From NCBI RefSeq assembly GCF_000181795.1, contig NW_003526941.1, forward strand, positions 4,181,218 through 4,245,217: DNA of 64,000 nt, read 5' to 3'. Every line of letters starts with the position of its first letter. Within the stretch, counting starts at the first letter, position 1. This DNA is from Trichinella spiralis (lineage: Eukaryota). The translations under genes and the position numbers were made by a program. A model generated the notes under the pieces. The model was not told where the DNA came from and did no database searches. It saw only the letters and a program-made list of their open reading frames with translations. Below are positions 54,085 through 64,000 of the stretch, piece by piece.

Positions 54085-55605
54085 ATGCACATTGAAGAGT
54101 TGAAGTGGATGCAATCGTTCGATGCCGTTCCACTGTGGTTGATGATGAAAACAGACGAAGACAGTGTTGAAGCATGCCCATGCATTCCAGAACCGCCTGC
54201 TTTCGGCTTAAACGCCCCACCAGTGCCATTTGATTTAATTGACGATTTGAATTCCAATTCTGAAAGTTCATTTGTTTGTGATCTTTGGAAAACACCTTCG
54301 GATTTACAAGCATCAGCCGGTGGTGATGATTCGGTAGATTCTGAGGCTCAACGTCCTTTCGAACCGGTGTTCTTCATCGCTGCTGCCTGTATTGTTGGTT
54401 CACTGGTGCTCATCTGTGCGCTGACATTTCTTTCAGCCATTTACAAGTAAGTCTCTGTTCAGTCAATAATGCAACTTGTAAAACTTTAAACTTTGCATTG
54501 CGAAGATATTACATCAGAAAAAAACTCTAGTAGTAAAATTGATTAAGGAAAAGTAAAAATACCATTATTCATTCTATTACGAAAATGATTACAGTCATTA
54601 ATGCAACTTAAACTTCTTGGAGAAGTAATAAAAACTAGCAGTAATAATAATAAAAGCAAAGTAATCGCAGAGGAAATGTAAAATCTGTCTAAAACACATA
54701 ACATATTTTTAAACTTTATGGCAGTAATTGTGAAGCAAATTGCACTAGTAATGGAGCAGTAGTAGCTAGCTCATTGACAGTAGGGACAATTAAATCGGCT
54801 TGAAATGGACCATTCTTCATGACATTTTCATTGTCTTTTTTATGCAAAATAACGTAATCGATAACATAAGCAATCCTTTGAAAAAACAAACAAAATTGCC
54901 CCTGGTTGATTTGCTTTCTATTTCTTTTAGACGAAACAAAGCATTTCGTGGACCTGTGATTCATAATTCAGATCGTTGTGTTGATAATGATAATAGTAAT
55001 AACAATAAATCAAGCCCAGTCACTTCAAGTTTGCCAGAATCATCAACCAGATCTGACTGGTCATATTATTCAATTAGACCAATTTTAAAACGATCCACAC
55101 AAAATTCATCTGAGGTAAATCGTATTAATGAAATAAAATTTTTAAATGAAAACTTTACATGGCTGGATTTTTTCAGCAAAAACGAGGTAAAAATGACATG
55201 AAACCACCAAATGCAGCAGATTTATGGTTCGAGCCTAGCGATGTTGATTCAATAGCCCAAGGCTACAGCAGTGCAGTTTATGATGAGATTGGATCCAATT
55301 ATTACAAAGCTGATGGAATCAATACTTATGATAAACGGGACCCTGTGTCAGTTCATCCACCGTACCCTTCAAACAGTGGAGATGTTTCTCCTTGTTATTA
55401 TGGTTCCCATCTGATTCCACCAGTTCCCCCTCCATTGTTAACCGCAAATTATCCAAACAAATCATATATTGCTTGCTTACCAATTCATGGAAATTATGGT
55501 TTCAAACAACCATCTCCTGCTGGTCACTTGGTACATTCTGGTAGAAGTCCTCGAATAATTCACGACGCTGCTCCGGCTACCATTAGTGAAGGCCCTTGGC
55601 TGTAA
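54085..55605 (+). CDS. Hypothetical single-pass membrane protein with a Cys/Pro-rich N-terminal region and a Tyr/Pro-rich tail; exons ~54085-54446, ~54930-55114, ~55177-55605; start uncertain
   Basis: Three ORF pieces join in frame across canonical introns (AA|GTAAGT...TTTTAG|A; GAG|GTAAAT...TTTCAG|CAA). One hydrophobic helix (VFFIAAACIVGSLVLICALTFLSAIY) is followed by basic KRNK. Confidence 0.7.
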
Positions 55606-56801
55606 CGAACAATGACAAAAATAAGTAAAATGAATTTTCAATTAATTGTACATGTTTATAAATATAAAATTTTGTGATAAGATCGAATTGTTTGTTTTGA
55701 ATGATTTGAATTCGAAATTTTGCATATAATCACAATGCAAACAAATTTTCAGTACCATTAGCATTATTGATTGAACGTTTAGCACAGTAAGATCAAGCAC
55801 TTTGAAAGACAAACTTTAAAGTGTCGCTAATGATACTGAAGTAGGCCTAAAAGTAGATGACAGAACTGCCTGGAACATGTTCGATTTTGTTTAAAACGTT
55901 TTCCGGCCATTTGTTCATTGCCGGATATGAGATGAATTGCCTAATCAGAAACCGACAAAAGTAATGTATTCAGGCTTCAGCTGAACAAATATGATGTTAA
56001 TATTTTTGGAAAATAACTACAATTTTACACAGTACACACTGATTATCCAGTTTCTTATTCAACAGTATAAAAAGCAGTCTTCAATTAATGGAATAGCATT
56101 CTTCAATGTTTTGGAGAATGTTTCTGATAATTACGTTGTTATAATTCAAGTAAAAATTTTCAATATTTACATTTATTACTATGCATGTCTCTAACTGGAA
56201 ACTATTCTGCAGATGAACAACTATACCATATATATATATATATATTACCATATGTATTGCAAACTGTACGTTAAAAACATATACGTATATTCCTTTATTA
56301 GCATATAACAATATAACAGTAAACATTTTTTAAAAGTATTCAGGTAATAAAATTCATTAATTCAAAAAATAATTATTCAAACATATCAATCTTCTTACTG
56401 TAGCTATCCAAAATTTGAGCAATCAATTTTGCTGCCTTAGATAAGTGTCCTTGTACATTAATATAATTTTTTAAAGCGTTTTTGTTTTGTTATACGATAT
56501 TTTCAAAATCAATAATCAATCAACTAATATTGGTAAAACCACTGATTACACTGGTTACAGTTAATCGTCGTATTTTATAAAATTGTTTAATTAATCGCAT
56601 TTTCATTAAAAAGCTGTTTTTGTAAACAAAGGGGAACAAAAATAGACGTTATTGAACGTCTAAAATAATTAACATTTCTAATTTTCTTTACACTGATATA
56701 ATAACAAATCTCTATAGTGTATTAATTAAGAAATATAAAACAAAGTGAAATCTGTTTCTAATGTATGATATTTTCAGGTATTTAGATAATCACAAATTCA
56801 G

Positions 56802-57908
56802 ATGGCTCACATGAATTCACACCGTTCTTCCTTATCAGATTATAGCTTCATGACAGCAAAAAAGTGTTTTGAACATTACTATAGCAGTAGTTTAACCATT
56901 CTGCAAGAGAAATACAGCGCGTATAAAGCACTTCCAGAAAAGCATAAAGCTTTGATACCAACATTTTTTGAACATATTGCACGCATCCGGGAAAGCATAA
57001 CTATAAATATGCAGTTTTTTACCCAAATATATACGACAGGTATGCATATGGTTGAGGAAGAATCACGCAAAAATACACTGCTCGGTGGAAATGTCACACG
57101 TATGACATGTGAGTTTGTTGTGGGGAAAACTCAGCAAATTTTACATGACGTAATCCGTGAATGGTCGGCAGTTGGAATAAGTGAACGGAAAAGTGTATAT
57201 GGGCCGATTTTAGCTTATATGGAAGACTTGAAGAAATCGACTACACCAGAATCAATTAAAATTTTGATACCTAACGCTGGATTAGGACGCTTAGTTTGGG
57301 AATTGGCCAAGCTAGGATATCACTGCGACGCTTGTGAAAGTTCAGCTGCACACGTTCTCACTACAAATTTCATGATCAATCACTCAGACTCGAATAGTCC
57401 CGTCACAATATATCCTTGGATTAATAAGTGGACAAATCATCGAAATTGTGCCGAGCAAATTCAATCTGTAACAGTTCCTGATGTCAGACCTGATTTAATC
57501 AGAAATGGAAAACAGTGTAATTTGGTCGCTGGAGACTTTTTAAATTTATACGTTGATGAACACGAAACTTATGATATTATCTGTACGGTGCGTTATATTA
57601 ATCATCCTAAGAAAATCCGAGATTACGTTGAAAAAATCTACGATTTGCTGAAACCAGGTGCAGTGTGGATTAATATGGGGCCCATGCTTTTCCATGGTCG
57701 AAATGAAGATTCAAACGTTCGTGTACCTCCGTACGAGTTAGTTCGTCTTCATATTCAAGAACTAGGATTTCATTTTGAAAAAGAGCAATTGGGTATACCA
57801 ATTAATATTACTTATTATGATCAAAGTATGCTTAGCTGTACAGAAAAGTATATCTTTTTTGTGTGCCGAAAAGGTACACCAAATCAATCCAACGGCTTCA
57901 TAGTTTAA
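56802..57908 (+). CDS. Carnosine N-methyltransferase-like (N2227 family) SAM-dependent methyltransferase, intronless and divergent
   Basis: IREWSAVGISER, ILIPNAGLGRLVWELAKLGY, TIYPWI...NHR...QIQSVTVPDV, AGDFLNLY and LLKPGAVWINMGPMLFH match the CARNMT1 layout. Confidence 0.88.
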   Translation: MAHMNSHRSSLSDYSFMTAKKCFEHYYSSSLTILQEKYSAYKALPEKHKALIPTFFEHIARIRESITINMQFFTQIYTTGMHMVEEESRKNTLLGGNVTRMTCEFVVGKTQQILHDVIREWSAVGISERKSVYGPILAYMEDLKKSTTPESIKILIPNAGLGRLVWELAKLGYHCDACESSAAHVLTTNFMINHSDSNSPVTIYPWINKWTNHRNCAEQIQSVTVPDVRPDLIRNGKQCNLVAGDFLNLYVDEHETYDIICTVRYINHPKKIRDYVEKIYDLLKPGAVWINMGPMLFHGRNEDSNVRVPPYELVRLHIQELGFHFEKEQLGIPINITYYDQSMLSCTEKYIFFVCRKGTPNQSNGFIV

Positions 57909-58455
57909 TTTATTTACAGCTAACTTTATTGTTTTAACTATCTGAAATAAAATGAATTATTTCTGATTTGTTCGTTCAAATATAAACCTGTAATTGATTC
58001 ACCAGTAAACACCCTACTAGTAGACCGATTCATAAAATTAATTAACAGCTCAATTGGTATTGCAGTACTAAATTACTGATTCCAATGCCTGCTGTACATT
58101 TCATAATTTGAGTGAATTTTAAAGAAGAATTCCATCAAAAAATTTGATTTACGCATTATCTTTACACAACAGTTCTGTAGACTCAAACTGTCGTCTGATA
58201 AAAATTAACTAAATTTATTATTGACCATCATGAAACTTATTCAAAGTAAAAACTGTAAGTTTTCATACGCTTAAATTTAAAGCGATTTAAGTTCTAACTT
58301 CATTTCAGCTAGTTAACAACAATTTTACTTTAAATACAGTGTAAATTGTACTTGCATTTCATACAGTGCATATTCATGATGCGTAGTATAACGTTTTTAT
58401 TGATTTATGATTTTGCAATAGAAAAGCAAGTGCTGAATTTGCAGAAAAAAGTGAA

Positions 58456-59129
58456 ATGGTAAGAATAAATATTTTAAACAATAATATCATTTGATATTTT
58501 AATCTAAAATACTGATACTGTAAATTGTAAGCGATACTTAATGCTGAGTAATCTTAAATTTGAGATTCGATTTATTCTTATCCAAAATCGCGCTGGAAAA
58601 ACGCGTCTTGCAAAATGGTACATGCACTTTGATGACAATGAAAAACAAAAGCTTATTGAAGAAGTTCACGCTGTTGTCACTGTTAGAGATGCTAAGCACA
58701 CTAATTTTGTTGAAGTAAGTTTATCCAATTCTGTTTGCACCTAACCAGTGTAACTGATATAGAATTTAGTTTCGAAATTTCAAAATTATCTATCGGCGAT
58801 ACGCTGGCTTGTATTTTTGCATATGCTGTGATATAACTGACAACAATTTATATTACCTGGAAGCAATCCATAACTTTGTCGAAGTGCTTAATGAATATTT
58901 CCACAATGTTTGCGAACTTGACCTTGTGTTTAACTTTTACAAAGTGAGATTTTACAGCAAACTGAATATGACTATATAATAGTTAATTTGATTAGTGGAT
59001 AAAAATGTTTTTCTGTCTTTGTCGTAGGTTTATGCTGTGGTAGATGAAATGTTTTTGGCAGGAGAAATACGAGAAACCAGTCAAACGAAAGTATTAAAGC
59101 AACTGATGATGCTAAATTCACTCGAATGA
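58456..59129 (+). CDS. AP2S1: AP-2 complex subunit sigma, 4 exons (ATG-only first exon)
   Basis: [72 protein letters not shown]...[42 protein letters not shown]. Confidence 0.98.
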
Positions 59130-59328
59130 TTTTCGTGTTTAATTGAAGCATTTTTTCTTATTGAAATTTGTGACATTTTGAAATGGAATGTACTTTTCAA
59201 AGTATCAGCAAAATAAAATTTGATGTTAATTTTTTTCAAAGGAAGTTCAGTCATTCAATACGATCGATGACTTTCTGTTGTTCGAACTGATAACAAAAAA
59301 GATATGTGATGTTCTACAAAATTTTTGT

Positions 59329-59408
59329 TTTTTGAATACAGTGTTTATAGTAGTTGTTCATTAAAAGTTGTTTTTGAATACAGTGTTCAATATATTGTTC
59401 ATTAAAAG
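59329..59408 (+). repeat. Imperfect ~40-bp direct repeat, 2 copies
   Basis: TTTTTGAATACAGTGTT...TTGTTCATTAAAAG occurs at 59329-59367 and 59371-59408. Confidence 0.8.
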
Positions 59409-59733
59409 CGAAAAAGTGCGCGCATGCTTATGAGCAGAAAATCACTACACAGAATGAAAGATCCGAAAAAAATTATCATTGTACTTGAAAAATAAAAAAT
59501 TCATACTATTTAAATTTTATAAACATCAGATCTTACTCACAAACTGCAATACATGAATAAAAGAACAAAAATCCAAATGAATTAATACACTACAAAATTA
59601 ACGATCTTGCATCACAGTATACTGTATCAGTTCGATATGCGGAATTGTAATTGTTTACTGGTTGCATGCTGGTGGAATTAGCATCCACTTAGAATAAGGG
59701 CGGTTCATAGGTGTTCTGACTTTTCATTTTTAG

Positions 59734-60057
59734 ATGAGGGATTTTATTGATCTCACCCACTGCGATGCGGAAGAGAAGAGGAGATCGAAACGTGGTCAGA
59801 AAAGAAAAGCAAGTGCAGACATCTCATTTGTTGACTTGACAGATGACAAGACAGAAAAGTCTAAACTTGCCTGCTGCAAATGTGAAATGAGCATTCAGAT
59901 TTTGTTGAAGAATGGTGCCGTTATTAGCAGTATTCTTTGTGGCCACGTGTTTTGCAATAAGTGTCTGCTTTCAATACCAACGAAACGGAAAAGTGGCTGT
60001 TGTCCGGTATGTGAAACACGCTTTCGCGAATCGGCAACAATAAAATTAAACTTGTGA
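59734..60057 (+). CDS. Small RNF4-like protein: two SUMO-interacting motifs plus a C3HC4 RING (copy 1, 107 aa)
   Basis: FIDLT and FVDLTDD SIMs, a basic NLS-like KRRSKRGQKRK, and CCKC-...-CGHVFCNKC-...-CPVC at the extreme C-terminus. TTTTAG directly precedes the ATG, and AATAAA lies at ~60162. Confidence 0.85.
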   Translation: MRDFIDLTHCDAEEKRRSKRGQKRKASADISFVDLTDDKTEKSKLACCKCEMSIQILLKNGAVISSILCGHVFCNKCLLSIPTKRKSGCCPVCETRFRESATIKLNL

Positions 60058-60688
60058 AATATCATGTTGAAACTATTTGCTCAAAGTAGCTCGATTAAAT
60101 GCATCACATGTATTTTAACATTACGATATTGCTTCTCTTTATTGAGTTGAACCTTTTACTGAATAAAGTTGATTACTGAAGTTTTGCCTACTTATTGCCC
60201 AGAATGATTTCATCAAAATGCCTCCGGTTTATAATGATTGACAACATATTCACAGAAAGAAAACTCCAATTGTAATTAATAATAAGGCAGACAACTATCA
60301 TACAATATGCTAAGATGACGAGAATTTGTAAAGTTCCACATTTGAAAATGAAAGTTATTTAAAAGGAATAATTTGAAAATTTATGCAGAAAAAATTTCAT
60401 TCAATTCCACTTTTACAACATTAAAATTAACAAAAAATTAATTTTTCCAACAAACGATACCGCTTTGAAATACGTCATTCAGTAGAATTCAAACATGCAT
60501 ATTTCTGTTTGTAAAATTTCTATTGATTTTTGATTGTTTGAAGCGTACTTTAAAAATCGTGTTGAATTTCCTTCATATTTTCCCATTGTTTTAAACATTC
60601 TTGTAATATGAAAACAATTATCCGCATACCAAGTTTACTACAGTACGCAACACGGCATTAGAAAATCAGTCTGCGTTCCGCTGGTAAA

Positions 60689-63600
60689 ATGGTAGGAAAG
60701 TTGAATAATCAATTATGTTTTTTTCATCCTTTCTAACGTGATACTTTTGAATATTTTTATTTCAGAAATTAGTTTTGAAAACTGTAATAAATCGGTTGCT
60801 GAGAAAAACCACCTTATTGCACAGTAGTAAACGATTGACCAGTTACTTAGTTGACAAAATTCGAATGTATGAATGGATGAAGAGCAATGATTCAGTACTT
60901 CTGGCCGAATTCAAAAGGGGGAACTTTGCAATTTGTATGGAGAAACAACCACTAATTCACTCGTTGAACAACAACCAAACAGATCAGTACAAATTATTAC
61001 AAATAAATTATGAATGTGCGTTTTTTTATAAAAATAATTTTCCCCGTGCTTATCAGTAATTATTGAAGCCATTAACAGGTCTAAAGAAAGTTCTGCCCGA
61101 ATACAAGTTAAACTTCGATGTAAAAGATACAGCTCTTTTGGATGTAGTACCTATGCAGTCGACGACAAATGACATTGAAGAAGAGTGGACGCCGGTTTTC
61201 GCGCTGAACATCAAAAATGCCTCAAGTGTCGGAACCAAAAAGGACTTAGCGCAGGCTTTGGGGGGAGAGTTTCACGATTTTCGGAAAGTATTTTTAGGAA
61301 CGGATACAAGTAACGCAAAACTGCTGACAAAAGTAAGTTACTGAACTAACTGCATGTATGGAAATATCAAAATGCTCAATCGCGATGTTTCAGATGAGGA
61401 ACATCTTTCGTTGGCACAATTCATTTCAGAACTGTCCACGATGCACGGCACGGTTGAACTTTAAAGTTTCAAAAGCCTCTGCAAAATGCCCAGAATGTGA
61501 TGCAGTTTATTATCCCCCAGTACGTTACAAAAAATTTTCAGTATTGCACACTGGCAATCAGAAATGATCGACTATTCTGTAGGTTGCGCCTGTTGCAATT
61601 ACATTAGTTTCCACTGCCGATAAGAAATATCTGTTATTGGTTCGACAAAAACATCACCCAAAGCGTCTGTACACGGCAATTTCTGGATTTTCAGAATTAG
61701 GTAATGTACAATATAATACATAAAGCACAACCAATTTATTAAATGCAGATTTTTTTTCTAAATATTTTCACTTTAATTTAATTTTTACTATTTTAGTTCT
61801 TGCAACCGCAATAAAATAATTCAGTTCAATTTAACAATCAATTTTACCGTATACATGTATTACGGTATATAATTTTTTGACAATAATATGGGTTGAAATT
61901 TTTGAAAATTACTTAAAACATATATTTACTTGAATTTTATATTTAACAATATTTTTATCTGGGTTAATAAGTTTTCACAATTCCAGACACCAAGTGTAAG
62001 TTTAAATTTGAAAGTATACTTGGTGTTAAACTTAATTATCAATAAGTCATGAGTTGTATAGTAAGACAACCGATATTCATTTTTTTGTTTTTTGTTGCAA
62101 AATGAGTGGGGAAGTTATTGATTTAACTGAAGAAAGTAAAGACAGTGTACGAATCAGACCCTCTAGAAAGGAAAATCAACAAGCGATGGAGGTTATTGAT
62201 CTTACGTTGGATTCCTCAAGCACTAGTTCGTCCTGCTCTAACGTAAATGACCTGCAATGTCCAGCTTGTTTCAGCAGCTTTGAAGAGATCCTCAAGGAAG
62301 GGAATGCAGTAATGACTACACCGTGTGGCCATGTATTCTGTGCGAGATGCATTTACACCGTTTTTTCGGGAAAAAGATCTCTGAAATGTCCTATTTGCCG
62401 AAGAAATATTACGGAGAGCAGTATGAGAAAATTGCTTTTCCGTTAAAATTAGTGATTATTTGTTTTACATATGTGTGTGTGTATGTGAAAAAAAAATTTC
62501 CGATCGAAGCACATTCATTCTGGTGGTTCGCCCGATGTGAAATCCATGGGTCGATGAGAAGTATCATTGTTTTATTTTATCATCATATATTTCTATATTG
62601 TGTACTTCAAGAATTGATGAATTGTACACTGTACTTTTTTACACATGTTTAATTCCTGACAGTTGAAATAAAATATTTTAATATTTTATTACTGTAAATT
62701 CAATTTTTGCATCGTAAAAAGACTCCACGCTTGGTGTGATACTGATTCACTGACTTCAAGACGTTAATTTTGTACTAATCTTATGCATTTTCTCGTTGGA
62801 TCAGGTGAACGTTCATCTCAGACCTTAGAGTTATGCAAGTTGGCTTTATTGAATTGAACTGAATTGAATTGAATGTAAAATTGTAAAAATATGATTACAC
62901 TTGAAATGATTACGACAGTTTTACAAAGAAATTTCCTTTATATTCTCTGTGGATAAATTTTCAGCCAACTGCTTCATTTTTAATATCGATTCGTGAAACT
63001 GTTTTGAAGTAGAATAAATAGTATTAAGGATTGTTCATTTTACGAGAAAATATGGAGAATAGCTGAAAGAACACGCAGAAGAGACTCATCTTCACTCAAT
63101 CGTTTTATCAAAATGGGTATAATAAAATGAGTAGTAAACCTGAATTTGTAAATAAGTAAAATATACTTAAATAGCTAAATAATCACACAGTAAATTATAA
63201 TGTATTGCTATTTTTCTGATGCTGCTGACTACAGTGACTGTTTGAACAAAATCGGAGTTTGCCAAAGTCGAATAGTTTTTGCACTACAACACAACACTAA
63301 CCCTGACACGGAAAAAACTAACTGCTAGTGAAAACTGAAATGACAATTTAGTTGTTGATTCTACGTGAATATTAAAACATTAATAATAGCAGATATTTTA
63401 GGTGAATCGCTAGAGGACGCCGTTTTACGTGAAATTGCAGAAGAAGTTGGTATTCTCGTGGAAAACTTCCAATACATGGGCATTTCTCAATCGTGGCCAT
63501 TTCCTAACAATTCACTAATGTGCGCATATCTTGCCTATGCTGATCGAAGTCAAACAGTAAGAATAAATATGCATATTTGTGAGAGGTTGTTTGTTGTTTT

Positions 63601-63880
63601 TCTTGAACAACAATAATAACTAATTGTGTGTGTGGCGGATTTACTCACTGAACGTTTTTGTTTCCATTCTTAGATAAGCATCGATCGAAAAGAATTGGTA
63701 GATGCACGATGGTTTTCTCGAGAAATGGTCGCCTCTGCATTCGAAAATACACAGAATTTAGAAGAAAGTAAAGAAGAAGAAGAAGAAGAAGAAGAAGAAG
63801 ATGGCCCACTGTTGATTTCATCAAAAGGAACAATTGTTCATGAAATGATAAAGTTTTGGTTATCTCAGAAAGCGGATTAA
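60689..63880 (+). CDS. NUDT13: NAD(P)H diphosphatase, NudC/NUDT13-like Nudix hydrolase, 7 exons
   Basis: Basic N-terminus resembling a mitochondrial presequence, RWH...CPRC...CPEC...[13 protein letters not shown] zinc ribbon, Nudix box [30 protein letters not shown] signature and ELVDARWF. Confidence 0.9.
62102..62446 (+). CDS. Small RNF4-like protein: two SIMs plus a C3HC4 RING (copy 2, 114 aa), nested in the NUDT13 intron
   Basis: EVIDLTEE and EVIDLTLD SIMs. [31 protein letters not shown]...CPICRRNI resembles the RNF4 RING. AATAAA is at 62667. Confidence 0.88.
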   Translation: MSGEVIDLTEESKDSVRIRPSRKENQQAMEVIDLTLDSSSTSSSCSNVNDLQCPACFSSFEEILKEGNAVMTTPCGHVFCARCIYTVFSGKRSLKCPICRRNITESSMRKLLFR

Positions 63881-64000
63881 CAACACAAGCAAGAAAATGT
63901 TAATAATATTTCTTCTTTTTTATTTCAACTATATATATATGTATGTGATGAAATTTTGTTTTCTAACTTTTAAGTCGCAGTATTTTAGCGTTTTATCTAT

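Noticed and set aside
63293..63310. CTAACCCTGAC in the NUDT13 intron, resembling a telomerase RNA template
   Set aside because: It lies only ~100 nt from the 3' splice site, shows no pseudoknot or H/ACA domain, and so short a match is expected by chance or as a branch-point-like sequence.
63770..63802. Poly-Glu insertion near the NUDT13 C-terminus
   Set aside because: It is an in-frame (GAA)n slippage in a probable loop, with no evidence of special function.

Overview
AT-rich eukaryotic genomic DNA with short GT-AG introns and TTT(C/T)AG acceptors. It is most consistent with a nematode; a Trichinella-like clade I species is my inference and is not proven. Bases 1-8.4 kb contain no credible ORF. 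Instead there is a foldback-like structure: AGGTAAGT-rich minisatellite arms in inverted orientation around a palindromic ~224-bp tandem core, with two assembly gaps, flanked by diverged inverted paralogous segments. Minus-strand genes follow: SDA1, a peptide-type GPCR, PSMG1/PAC1, an LCLAT1-type acyltransferase, a galectin with a C-terminal Pro/Tyr-rich tail, IRF2BP and ABCD4. Plus-strand genes follow those: an unknown single-pass membrane protein, a divergent intronless CARNMT1-like methyltransferase, AP2S1, two minimal SIM-SIM-RING (RNF4-like) genes and NUDT13/NudC. The most notable item is the pair of ~110-aa SUMO-targeted ubiquitin ligase-like genes. One has lost the RING linchpin Arg. 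The other is nested on the same strand inside the intron that splits the NUDT13 Nudix box. All gene models were spliced by eye and all homology calls come from recalled motifs, not database searches.
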